A DNA stretch of 64,000 nucleotides from an uncultured Verrucomicrobiae bacterium (GCA_963815455.1 CAWFGO010000001.1:1184001-1248000); one strand, 5' to 3'; positions 50,671 through 59,546 are shown, counted from the first letter of the stretch. Notes: generated by a model not told the origin, from the sequence alone. Numbers and translations: made by a program.

Positions 50671-51252
50671 TTGCTTGCGCGTTCGGCTCTCGATTGCAAG
50701 ATCCTTTTTGTTGTTTTTTTCGCGATTTCCGCCACTGCAGCAAACACATTGATAGCGGGCGAGCCTTACACTGTGCCGAGCAGCGCCCTTACGGACGCAG
50801 CTCGGCAAAATCTCGTCGGTGGCTTCACATACCACCTTCCGCCCGGTTGGTCGCAGAAGAATCTTCCCGGTGCACAGTTCAAGGCAGCATTCGGACGCGA
50901 GGAAGACGGCAATCCCGGAAACATTAGTTTTCAGGTTGCCGCTTTCAGCGGCAGCCTTGGCGAGTTTCAGGCCACGATGTTAAAAGAGATGCCGTCGGTT
51001 TTCTCCAAGATGGGCATTTCGGATTCCCGAGTCGTAAATCAATCGGCATTCGAAACATCCTCAAAGCTGGTTGGCTTGCAGGCAGTCGTCGAGGCTGAGC
51101 GCCTCGACGGGAAGACTGCGCGACAGCTCCTCTATTTCTTCGAGCGGAAGGACGGTCAAAAGATTCTCGTAACTTGCTCGGTCGTGGACGAGGGCACGCG
51201 ATACGATGCGATCTTTGATGCGATCATGAAGACATTCGAGGTCACAAAGTGA
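50671..51252 (+). CDS. Cassette 3 secreted protein (PsbP/Mog1-like); start uncertain
   Basis: Signal-like LFVVFFAISATAA, GFTYHLPPGW, FDAIMKTF. Confidence 0.7.
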   Translation: MLARSALDCKILFVVFFAISATAANTLIAGEPYTVPSSALTDAARQNLVGGFTYHLPPGWSQKNLPGAQFKAAFGREEDGNPGNISFQVAAFSGSLGEFQATMLKEMPSVFSKMGISDSRVVNQSAFETSSKLVGLQAVVEAERLDGKTARQLLYFFERKDGQKILVTCSVVDEGTRYDAIFDAIMKTFEVTK

Positions 51253-51265
51253 TTGCCACCCATTC

Positions 51266-51388
51266 GCCTAACCAGACGATGGAGCTAACGGCCACCCGGC
51301 GTATGTTTACCTTTCTCGTGACTTTAACACTATTGCTTCGATCATCGCTCGCTCTCGGTGGCCGTAGCTCATCTTGTTCTCGTTAGAT
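51266..51388 (+). other. attC: attC site 3
   Basis: GCCTAAC CAGACGATGGAGCTAACGGCCACC...GGTGGCCGTAGCTCATCTTGTTCTC GTTAGAT. Confidence 0.92.
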
Positions 51389-51410
51389 GTAATGCAAACT
51401 GTTCGGCGGT

Positions 51411-51794
51411 ATGGAATCCTTCCTTCACTTCGTCATGACATTTGCCGGAGCACTCGCTGCCGCAATCGGGATTTTGCTCGGTGCGATTCTGATTTTTCTC
51501 CTCGTCGTTTGGATCAGCGATAAGATGCCGAGCGCGAACAAGCGTATCCGCAATCAAGCGCTCGGCGGCATTGGCTTGGTGCTATTCGGCTTTCTCATGC
51601 TTTGGAACGCGCGATGGGCACTGTTGCACCATACCATCTTGTTTCGACGCTACCCCTCGTGGGGAAGGTCTGCATGGATGAATCCGTGGCAGGCGATTGC
51701 CGTCGCTGCCATTTGCTTCATCCTCGGAGCGGTCCTCGTGATAGATGCCGTGCGCAAGAAAAGAGAACCAGATGCAAATTTCTCGGCAAATTGA
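51411..51794 (+). CDS. Cassette 4 membrane protein (3 TM)
   Basis: Three hydrophobic helices; ends 9 nt before attC4. Confidence 0.75.
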   Translation: MESFLHFVMTFAGALAAAIGILLGAILIFLLVVWISDKMPSANKRIRNQALGGIGLVLFGFLMLWNARWALLHHTILFRRYPSWGRSAWMNPWQAIAVAAICFILGAVLVIDAVRKKREPDANFSAN

Positions 51795-51803
51795 ACGTCT
51801 CGC

Positions 51804-51927
51804 ATCTAACCAATCGCTCGAGCCAACCGCTGGCCGTCGCGATGTCCACATTTGATTTCATGAAACAGTTCTCGATGTTTGCCATGCTCGCTCTCGCCAG
51901 CGGTGCCTGAGCTCATTCTCGTTAGAC
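51804..51927 (+). other. attC: attC site 4
   Basis: ATCTAAC CAATCGCTCGAGCCAACCGCTGGC...GCCAGCGGTGCCTGAGCTCATTCTC GTTAGAC. Confidence 0.88.
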
Positions 51928-51997
51928 CTGTTGGATTGCTCTGCGCGATGAGAAGGCGAAGTGAAAAAGCGCGAATCTTGCGCGAGCGAGCGAAGCC

Positions 51998-52741
51998 ATG
52001 AACGACGTTCCCGATGAAAAGCCGGTGGCAGCTACCTCAGGCGTGGCCCGCCAGCGGCGCGGTCTTGATTGGTCCCAGGCGCTAGTTGAGCTCGCTACGG
52101 TCGTCATCGGCATCTTAATCGCATTAGCGGCGAACAACTGGGCGGAGGGGCGACATAACGCTGCGCTGGAAGCTCGTTATCTGGAGCGACTCCTCGCGGA
52201 CAGCACGGAGAATCTTACCATGCTTCAGGAGAGGATTGATCTGCTGACGCGCCGGACCGACGAACTGACTCGCTTGAGCGGCTGGCTGACAGGCGGAACA
52301 GAGCGTCCCATAGATGCGGAAATTTCGGACGTTCTCTGCCGCTGGTTTATCCAACCAGCCTTACGCCTGCGCCGCGAGACCTACGCCGAACTGGTGAGCA
52401 CGGGTAACCTCTCTCTGCTGCGCGACGTGCCACTGCGCGCACTGCTTGAGCAAGCGGAAACCAGACACGAAGAATTGCTCAGGCTCGATCGCTTTACCGA
52501 TATTCTTCAGCGAGAGACGGAGCCATTGAATCGATATCGCCAGTGGAAAATCGATCCGGGTGCTGGCCCGAAGGTCGGCTGCCGTTTTGATCTCAATGCT
52601 ATGCGCTCTGACCCGGTCATCCCCTCGATCCTCGCCCAGATCTGTCGTGACGAGACTATAAACCGCTCGTTCTGTGAGCAGGAATTGGTCGCAGTCCGCG
52701 CCGTGCGCGACCGTATAACAAGAATGCAATCGCCGCGATGA
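51998..52741 (+). CDS. Cassette 5: DUF6090-like protein (N-terminal TM plus helical domain)
   Basis: E...VVIGILIALAANNW.E.R....E..YL..L..D; Y.ELVSTG.L.LL. Confidence 0.75.
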   Translation: MNDVPDEKPVAATSGVARQRRGLDWSQALVELATVVIGILIALAANNWAEGRHNAALEARYLERLLADSTENLTMLQERIDLLTRRTDELTRLSGWLTGGTERPIDAEISDVLCRWFIQPALRLRRETYAELVSTGNLSLLRDVPLRALLEQAETRHEELLRLDRFTDILQRETEPLNRYRQWKIDPGAGPKVGCRFDLNAMRSDPVIPSILAQICRDETINRSFCEQELVAVRAVRDRITRMQSPR

Positions 52742-52803
52742 GACTGCTTGCCGAAGTGACAATGGCAGAGCGGGGCGGCCACATTCTGACCAAACACGAA
52801 AAG

Positions 52804-52926
52804 GCCTAACCAGACGGTGGAGCGAACAGCGACCGGCCTTTTCTCCACGCGCAGAGTAGATACAATGTCTTCCATGTTCTCCACCCTCGCTCTCGGTCGC
52901 CGCCGCTCACCTTGGTCTCGTTAGAT
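52804..52926 (+). other. attC: attC site 5
   Basis: GCCTAAC CAGACGGTGGAGCGAACAGCGACCG...CGGTCGCCGCCGCTCACCTTGGTCTC GTTAGAT. Confidence 0.9.
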
Positions 52927-53383
52927 GAATCGGTTGCGTCTTGTCGCGTTGATAATTCTGTGCGTCACGGCCTCGTTCCGTGCGCAGGGCACTGGCTACT
53001 ACACTGCGGGGAGCCACATGACTAGCGCTGTCGACGCCAAGGGTGTCCGGCACGATGGGCACTCCTATAAAGGCGCTCCGCCTTGGCTCGCAGATCGCAC
53101 CTCAGGACCGTCACCAGATTACCCCATTCGCGAGCGCGCATTGCACCATCAAGGCCGAGTCATCGTTCGCCTCACCCTCGATCTTAAGACTGGCCGTGTT
53201 ATCAAGACCTCTTTGCTGAAGTCCTCGGGCTACCCCGAACTTGATCGCTGCGCGATTGCCGCTTTTAGCCGCTGGACGTGGCGTCCGGGCCGTTGGAAGG
53301 AGATAGACATGCCTACGAGATTTGAGATGGCCGATCCGTCTCAGCCGCCAGTCCCAGGGGCGACCCGGTTGCCGCACTCATGA
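52925..53383 (+). CDS. Cassette 6: TonB C-terminal domain protein, secreted
   Basis: PDYP...R..H.QG.V.V....D..G.V....L.KSSG..ELD..A..A...W.W.P; ATG overlaps the core site. Confidence 0.85.
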   Translation: MNRLRLVALIILCVTASFRAQGTGYYTAGSHMTSAVDAKGVRHDGHSYKGAPPWLADRTSGPSPDYPIRERALHHQGRVIVRLTLDLKTGRVIKTSLLKSSGYPELDRCAIAAFSRWTWRPGRWKEIDMPTRFEMADPSQPPVPGATRLPHS

Positions 53384-53386
53384 TTC

Positions 53387-53396
53387 ATCTAACCAT
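53387..53396 (+). other. attC: Truncated attC site 6 (R'' box only)
   Basis: ATCTAACCA directly after the cassette 6 gene, complementary to GTTAGAT at 52920; no matching right arm. Confidence 0.6.
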
Positions 53397-53613
53397 ACAT
53401 CTGAGGTGGTCCGTCAAACATTTGGATTGAAGTTATTGGTAGGATTTTCAGGCGGCTTTAGGGAGTTGTTGATCGGCCATGAATAACTGCTGGATGACCA
53501 ATAATGCGATGCATTCGTTTTGATGAAGTGTTCCCCTAATTGTTCGCGAGCGAGAATCTCTTTTCGCGAGATCCTTCGCCGTCTACGCGGCTCAGGATGA
53601 CAAGGCCACGCTA

Positions 53614-54375
53614 TTAATGCTGCGCAGCTTTGACAATTTGCGCGAAGCTGCGCGGGTCGAGGCTGGCGCCGCCGACCAGGGCGCCGTCGATATCCGGTTG
53701 CGACATGAGCTCGCGCGCGTTTTCCGGTTTCACACTGCCGCCATATTGAATGCGGACGCGGTCGGCCGTCGTCTGATCGGAGAGTTCGAGAAGCGTGTGC
53801 CGAATAAAAGCGTGCGCCTCCTGCGCTTGCGCGGGAGTGGCGTTGCGGCCAGTGCCTATGGCCCAGACTGGTTCGTAGGCCACGATTGTTTCTTGTAACT
53901 CTTTGGCATCGAGACCGGCCAGGCTCCCGCGTAATTGGATCGACAATATCTTTTCCACGTTGCCGTGATCGCGTTGATCGAGCGTTTCGCCGACGCAAAC
54001 AATCGGACGCAGACTTGCTTCGTGCGCGGCGCGCACTTTGCGATTTACAATTTCATCGGTTTCGCCAAACAAGGCGCGCCGTTCGCTGTGGCCGAGCACG
54101 ACGTAGCGCACGAATAAATCGCGCAACATCGCCGACGAGATCTCGCCCGTGAACGCGCCGTTGCGCTCCCAATGCATGTTTTGCGCGCCGACCTTGATGT
54201 TCTGCGCGTCGCCCAGGGCTTCGTTCACTTTTGCAATCGCGGTGAACGGCGGAATGATCACGATTTCGGCATCCGCCGCGTCGCCGATTTCGAGTAGAAA
54301 GGTTTGGACGAACCGCGCAGCCTCGGCCTGCGTCATGTTCATCTTCCAATTCGCGGCAATAATTTTCTTACGCAT
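53614..54375 (-). CDS. tpiA: Triosephosphate isomerase
   Basis: ANWKMN, GHSERR, AYEPVWAIGTG, YGGSV, LVGGASL. Confidence 0.98.
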   Translation of the reverse strand: MRKKIIAANWKMNMTQAEAARFVQTFLLEIGDAADAEIVIIPPFTAIAKVNEALGDAQNIKVGAQNMHWERNGAFTGEISSAMLRDLFVRYVVLGHSERRALFGETDEIVNRKVRAAHEASLRPIVCVGETLDQRDHGNVEKILSIQLRGSLAGLDAKELQETIVAYEPVWAIGTGRNATPAQAQEAHAFIRHTLLELSDQTTADRVRIQYGGSVKPENARELMSQPDIDGALVGGASLDPRSFAQIVKAAQH

Positions 54376-54389
54376 AATGAGCCGACGCG

Positions 54390-54584
54390 CGAGATCCCTC
54401 GCTACGCTCGGGATGACGGGAAGGGCTGGCGACGATTTTCTTTCTCATATCACGTGATCGTCAGCCCGAGCCCCGAACGCTTTCGGGGTTGAGGGATCCC
54501 GTGGCAAAAGGTACCGGTAACGCATCGGGATCCTTCGACTTCGCTCAGGATGACGGGGAAAGCGGGCGCGATTTTCTTTCTCAT
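54390..54584. repeat. Two CGTC-type elements, each preceded on the minus strand by a duplicated tpiA start
   Basis: ATGAGAAAGAAAATC at 54584 and 54448 (minus strand). Confidence 0.8.
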
Positions 54585-55790
54585 TTGTCAGTCAACGCGG
54601 CGACGCCCGGCAGTTCCTTGCCCTCGATTAATTCCAGCGATGCGCCGCCGCCGGTTGATATGAACGTCATTTTATCCGCGAGGCCGGCCTGTTTCACCGC
54701 GGTCACGGAATCGCCGCCGCCGATGATCGTGGTGGCGCCCGATTGGGCGAGGGCTTCGGCGATGGCAATTGTTCCTTCGGCGAACTCCGGGATCTCGAAT
54801 ACACCCAGCGGCCCGTTCCACAAAATCGTTTCGGCCTTGGCAATCTCCTCCTGGTAAAGCGCGATCGTGGCCGCGCCGATATCGACCGCGTGCCACCCAT
54901 CGCGAATGCCGTGCTCCTGGGAAAGCCGGCTCGTGTTCTCCATCGAAGCGCCGGCCTGGACTGCCTCCGCCTCCACAACATCGACCGGCAACAAAAAATT
55001 CACGCCGCGCTTTTTGGCAAGATCGACAATCTCATGCGCGAGATTGACCTTGTCGGACTCGACCCGGCTGGCGCCAATCGGGATTCCCTGCGCTTTGAAA
55101 AAAGTGTTAGCCATGGCGCCGCCGATCAGAATCGTGTCGGCCTTTTCCATGAGCGCTTTGAGCACGCCGATTTTATCGGAAACTTTCGAGCCGCCCATGA
55201 TCACGAGAAACGGCTTGGCCGGTTTGGCCAGTTCTTCGCGCAAATACTTCAGCTCCTTCTCCATCAACAGACCCATCGCCGATTGTTTCACGAACTTGGT
55301 GATTCCAGCAGTCGAGGCATGGGCGCGATGGGCCGCGCCGAAAGCATCGTTAACATAAAGGTCGCCGAGCTTGGCCAGCGCTTCGGCAAATTTCGGATCG
55401 TTCGCTTCTTCCTCGGGTTGGAACCGGACGTTTTCGAGCAACGCGACGTCCCCGTCGTGCATGGAATCGATGATGGTTTTCGGCACATTGCCGATCGTGT
55501 CGTGACTGAAAATGACCGGATGATGGATGAGCGAATGCAAATGATCGCCCACTGGCCGCAGTGAATATTTTTCCACCGGTTTTCCCTTGGGCCGGCCGAA
55601 GTGGGCCATCAAAATCGTCTTCGCCTTATGCTCGCGCAGATAATTGATGGTGGGAAGGCTCTCGCGAATCCGGGTGTCATCGGTGATACGAAATTTCCCG
55701 CCATGGGTATCGGTCGGCACATTAAAATCGACCCGGACGAGGACGCGCTTCCCCCGGACGTCAAGATCGCGAACGGTGAGCTTAGCTCAT
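54581..55790 (-). CDS. pgk: Phosphoglycerate kinase (1-nt indel just after the start)
   Basis: KLTVRDLDVRGKRVLVRVDFNVP upstream of the ORF-track start; LLENVRF, NDAFG, GGGDS, STGGGASL. Confidence 0.97.
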
Positions 55791-55791
55791 A

Positions 55792-55830
55792 TTACTCGTG
55801 CTCGTAATCGTAATCGTGCTCGTAATCGAT
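55792..55830. repeat. GATTAC/GAGCAC hexamer array at the gene 3' end, encodes DYEHDYDYEHE
   Basis: Inverted relative to 56235-56268. Confidence 0.85.
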
Positions 55831-56220
55831 CCCTGCTTGTTCTCCTTCCCGCACTCGTCCAGCGCGATCGGAAAATCGGCGCAACAATCCGACAAGCATC
55901 TCAACGATGCGAACCAGCTGCTCCTTCCGTTCGTTGGCAATCTTTTGCTTGGCGAGTTTTCGCGCCACCAAGACATCGAGACGCGCCGCGCATTCGACTG
56001 CCGAGCCACGCGCGATTTCGAAGAACCGGGAACGATCGGCCGCAGAAAATTTGCCGTTCCCCTCGGCGATATTCAGCGGCACGCTGGTCGAGGCCCGGTC
56101 GAGCTGGTCTTTCGCGGCCGCCTTCTCGGTGATTGTTTTCAAAAAGTCACCCACCCATCCACAGAAGTCGATCGCTTGGACGTAAACGTCCAGTTTCTCG
56201 TGATCAAAGTGGATTTTCAT
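55792..56220 (-). CDS. Four-helix bundle protein (23S rRNA IVP/Avd-like, TIGR02436)
   Basis: HEKLDVY, DQLDRAS.SV.LNIAEG.G, F..IARGS..E. Confidence 0.93.
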   Translation of the reverse strand: MKIHFDHEKLDVYVQAIDFCGWVGDFLKTITEKAAAKDQLDRASTSVPLNIAEGNGKFSAADRSRFFEIARGSAVECAARLDVLVARKLAKQKIANERKEQLVRIVEMLVGLLRRFSDRAGRVREGEQAGIDYEHDYDYEHE

Positions 56221-56234
56221 GGGCTAATGAAAAC

Positions 56235-56268
56235 CGATTACGATTACGAGCACGAGCACGATTACGAA
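56235..56268. repeat. GATTAC/GAGCAC hexamer array upstream of the gene
   Basis: CGATTACGATTACGAGCACGAGCACGATTACGAA. Confidence 0.85.
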
Positions 56269-57271
56269 CTATTTGCCGAGCATTTCCAGCATTTCCACGC
56301 AGCGATTGCTGTAGCCCCATTCGTTGTCGTACCACCCCACGATCTTGGCGAACCGGTTCCCAAGTGTGATGGTCAGTTTGCTGTCGAAAATGCACGAGTG
56401 CGGGTTGCCTACGATGTCCTGCGAAACCAGCGGCTCGTCGCTGAATTCGAGCACGCCTTTGTAACTCTTGTCCGCGGCGGCCTCTTTGAATGCGGCGTTA
56501 ATCGCATCCACCGAGGCATCCTTCTCCAGGACCACGGTGAAATCTGTGACCGAACCGTCCGGCGTGGGGACGCGGAAGGCGCCGCCGTTCAGTTTTCCCT
56601 TTAGAGCGGGAATCACTTCACCGATCGCTTTGGCCGCGCCGGTGCTGGATGGAATGATGCTGACTCGCCGCCGCCCGGGCCCGTCGCAAATCCTCGTGGG
56701 GCAGATCGAGAATCCGTTGATCGTTGGTATAACTGTGGATCGTGCTCATGAACCCGTGGGCGATACCGAACTTGTCATTCATCACTTTGGCCAACGGCGC
56801 GAGGCAATTCGTCGTGCAACTGGCGTTGGAAACGATCGTGTGCTTGGCCGGATCGTAGACGTCGTCATTAATCCCGACGCAAATCGTGGCGTCGGGGTTT
56901 TTCGCCGGCGCGGAGATCAGGACCCGTTTCGCGCCGCCTTTGCTGATATGCAGCTCGGCTTTGTCGCGACTGGTGAAAAATCCGGTCGATTCGAGGACAA
57001 CATCGACATCGAGCTTTTTCCACGGGAGATTTCCCGGGTCGCGCTCTTTGAAGATTCTGATCTTATGGCCGCGCACGATGATGTTTTCATCGTCGTAACC
57101 GATTTCACCGTCGAATTTGCCGTGGACCGAGTCCCACTTGAGCAAGTGGGCCAGCGTATGCGTGTCGGTTAGATCGTTAATGCTCCGGACACGCTCGACT
57201 TGTTTCTGTGACATGGCGCGCAGGACATTGCGCCCGATGCGGCCGAAGCCGTTGATTGCGAAGTTTGCCAT
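56269..57271 (-). CDS. gap: Glyceraldehyde-3-phosphate dehydrogenase (frameshift near 56660)
   Basis: [35 protein letters not shown]. Confidence 0.97.
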
Positions 57272-57343
57272 AGTATATTTGCGAGTTTCGATTTGCGATC
57301 GCTGATCAAATTACATCAGCAAGGAAAGGGATGGGAAACTAAA

Positions 57344-58099
57344 GTGGGTGAACGACCGAAGCAATTCCGAACTGCCGCCTTGATTGCAGGATTGTCGATC
57401 CTGTCCGCGCCAAGCCTGTCTGCTTCTCCGGTGAAAAGGATCCTCGTGTTTGGGGACAGTTTATCGGACGGCTTGAGCCTGAACCGCAGCCAGGCCTACC
57501 CGGCGTTGCTCGTTCACAAGTTGCGCGAAGCGGGATTGAATTACGAAGTCACCAATGCCAGCGCCAGCGGCGGCACGACCGATGGAGGATTGCGCCGGTT
57601 GCCGCCGCATCTAAAACGCAAGATCGACATCTTCATCTTGGAATTGGGAATCAACGATCTCTTTCTCGGCACGCCGGTTGAAGAAATTCGCAATAATCTC
57701 CAGGCGATTATCGACAAGGTGAAAACGCGTAACCCGAACGTGCGGATCATCATCTGCGGGATGCAGTTGCCGAACTCTTCCTCCGGCAATTACGTGGGCG
57801 CGTTTGGACAAATGTTTGCCGATCTCGCGGCTAAGAATCATGCCGCGCTCGTCCCGTATCTGCTGCAAGGCGTCGGGGGCGATCCGTTATTGAACCTGCC
57901 CGATCACATCCATCCCAACGCGGCCGGGCAACGCGTTTTGGCGGAAAATGTCTGGCGGGTGCTCAAGCCGATTGCCCGCGATACGGCCGCCGAGAACGCC
58001 GTCGCACGAAAGATAAAACTAAGATGGACCCAGCACGACCCAACCAACTCGAACCGGCCGACCCGTTCTTTCACGAGCGCGCCGATCACGCCATTTTGA
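57344..58099 (+). CDS. Arylesterase (TesA-like SGNH hydrolase); ends uncertain
   Basis: FGDSLS, NAS.SG.TT, LELGIND, DHIHPN. Confidence 0.9.
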   Translation: MGERPKQFRTAALIAGLSILSAPSLSASPVKRILVFGDSLSDGLSLNRSQAYPALLVHKLREAGLNYEVTNASASGGTTDGGLRRLPPHLKRKIDIFILELGINDLFLGTPVEEIRNNLQAIIDKVKTRNPNVRIIICGMQLPNSSSGNYVGAFGQMFADLAAKNHAALVPYLLQGVGGDPLLNLPDHIHPNAAGQRVLAENVWRVLKPIARDTAAENAVARKIKLRWTQHDPTNSNRPTRSFTSAPITPF

Positions 58100-58314
58100 A
58101 CAAGATCGAGATCGCCACCGAGGGAGAGGATTGCGATGAGTGCGTGCGACGTCTGCGCCCGGTGCTGATGAAGATCAACGGCGTCCACGGCGTGGACGTC
58201 GATCTCGAAAATGAACGCGTCGTGGTAACGTTCGACGCCCGCAAAACGCACGCCCCGGATTTGCACGACGCGATTTTGGCCAGCAAATACAAGCCCGGGC
58301 TGGCGGCCGAGTGA
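58024..58314 (+). CDS. Heavy-metal-associated (HMA) domain protein
   Basis: GEDCDEC (CxxC), GV..V.VDL....V.VTFD. Confidence 0.8.
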   Translation: MDPARPNQLEPADPFFHERADHAILNKIEIATEGEDCDECVRRLRPVLMKINGVHGVDVDLENERVVVTFDARKTHAPDLHDAILASKYKPGLAAE

Positions 58315-59363
58315 CTAGACCGCGGGTTGCTGCTGGGTGAGGCAATGGAATGTGCCGAGGCCCCAGATCAATTCACGGCAATCGATGCCGATGACGCGGC
58401 GATTGGGAAATAGCTCGCGCAGGATCGACAACGCTTTTTCGTCGGCGGGATCGGCGAAAGTCGGGACGAGCACACAGGTGTTTGCGATATAGAAATTGGC
58501 GTAGCTGGCGGGGAGATGCAGGCCTTCACGCACAGTCTGCTTCGGCATCGGCATGGTGACGATGTCGATGTTGCGACCACCAATCTTCATATCGCGCAGC
58601 CGGGCGAGATTTTCCTGGAGCGGCTCGAAATTTTCGTTGTCGCGATCTTCTTCGATCACGGTGACGACCTTTGTTCTCCGAGACAAAACGCGCGAGATCG
58701 TCGATGTGCCCGTCGGTGTCGTCGCCGACGATCCCGTCGCCAAGCCAGAGAATTTCGCGAACTCCGAGAAAATCGCGGAGACGCTGTTCGATCTGGCTCG
58801 CGGGAAAGATTCGGGTTCCGATTTTTGTTGAGCAAACACGATTCGCTGGTGAGCAATGCGCCCGAGCCGTTCACGTCGATCGAGCCGCCTTCCAGAATCA
58901 TCCGCGGATAAAACACCGGCAGTCTTAGGAGCTCGGCCACCCGGGTGGGCACGACTTCATCGAGATCGAATGGCGGATACTTGTTGCCCCAGGCGTTATA
59001 ATCCCAATCGACAATCGCAAGCTTTGGATCGACATCACGGGTAAGAAAAATCGGGCCGTGATCGCGGCACCACGGCTCGTTTGTTGGAATTTCGTAGTAG
59101 GTAATGCATTCCTGGTGCGGCAACGAATCCAGGACCGCTCGCGCTTCAGCTTCGTGGGCACCGTTGACGACATTGATGCATACCGGCTCCGATTCGGTCA
59201 GGGCCGCGACCAACTCGTATAGCGTCGGCAGCACGCGATCGAACGAATCGGGAAAACTGATTCCTTCGCGGCGCGGCCAGGAGAGCCAGGTGGCGGCGTG
59301 CGGCTCCCATTCGGCCGGCATTCGATAGCCGAGCTGGGCGGGAGTTTCAGAATATTGAGGCAT
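58315..59363 (-). CDS. aguA: Agmatine deiminase family protein (frameshift near 58800)
   Basis: MPAEWEPH, W.RDHGP, LEGGSID, PASYANFY, G.FHC.TQQ.P. Confidence 0.92.
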
Positions 59364-59377
59364 GCGTTAAATTTCAC

Positions 59378-59471
59378 CGTCATTCCGAGCGAAGTCGAGG
59401 AATCCCGATGCGCTAGCTTAAGCCTGCAACCCGGGATCCCTCGACTTCGCTACGCTTCGCTCGGGATGACA
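59378..59471. repeat. CGTC-type palindromic element
   Basis: CGTCATTCCGAGC...GCTCGGGATGACA. Confidence 0.8.
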
Positions 59472-59546
59472 ATCGGTAATGCACGCGGCGTGGTTTCAGG
59501 ATTCGTATTGATTACTTAAAGCAAGAGATACAATGATTCTGGAAAC

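Larger units (their letters stand above)
49416..53393 (+). mobile_element. Integron gene-cassette array (6 cassettes) with no integrase in the window (CALIN-like)
   Basis: Five RYYYAAC...GTTRRRY repeats of 123-129 bp separating small ORFs; cassette ends mutually complementary. Confidence 0.92.

Noticed and set aside
49774..52926. Regularly recurring repeats as a CRISPR array
   Set aside because: Repeats are about 125 bp with gene-sized spacers and RYYYAAC/GTTRRRY ends, i.e. attC sites; no cas genes
55792..56220. Four-helix protein as part of a diversity-generating retroelement or rRNA intervening sequence
   Set aside because: No reverse transcriptase, no TR/VR pair with adenine-specific mismatches, and no rRNA in the window
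15059..59363. Frameshifts in argS, gap, pgk, dcp, GH25, GT2, GT39, PAP2, aguA, PLD and the beta-barrel as pseudogenisation or programmed frameshifting
   Set aside because: Single-base indels, several in or near homopolymers, scattered across essential genes with otherwise intact sequence; most simply long-read consensus errors. Needs read polishing to confirm.
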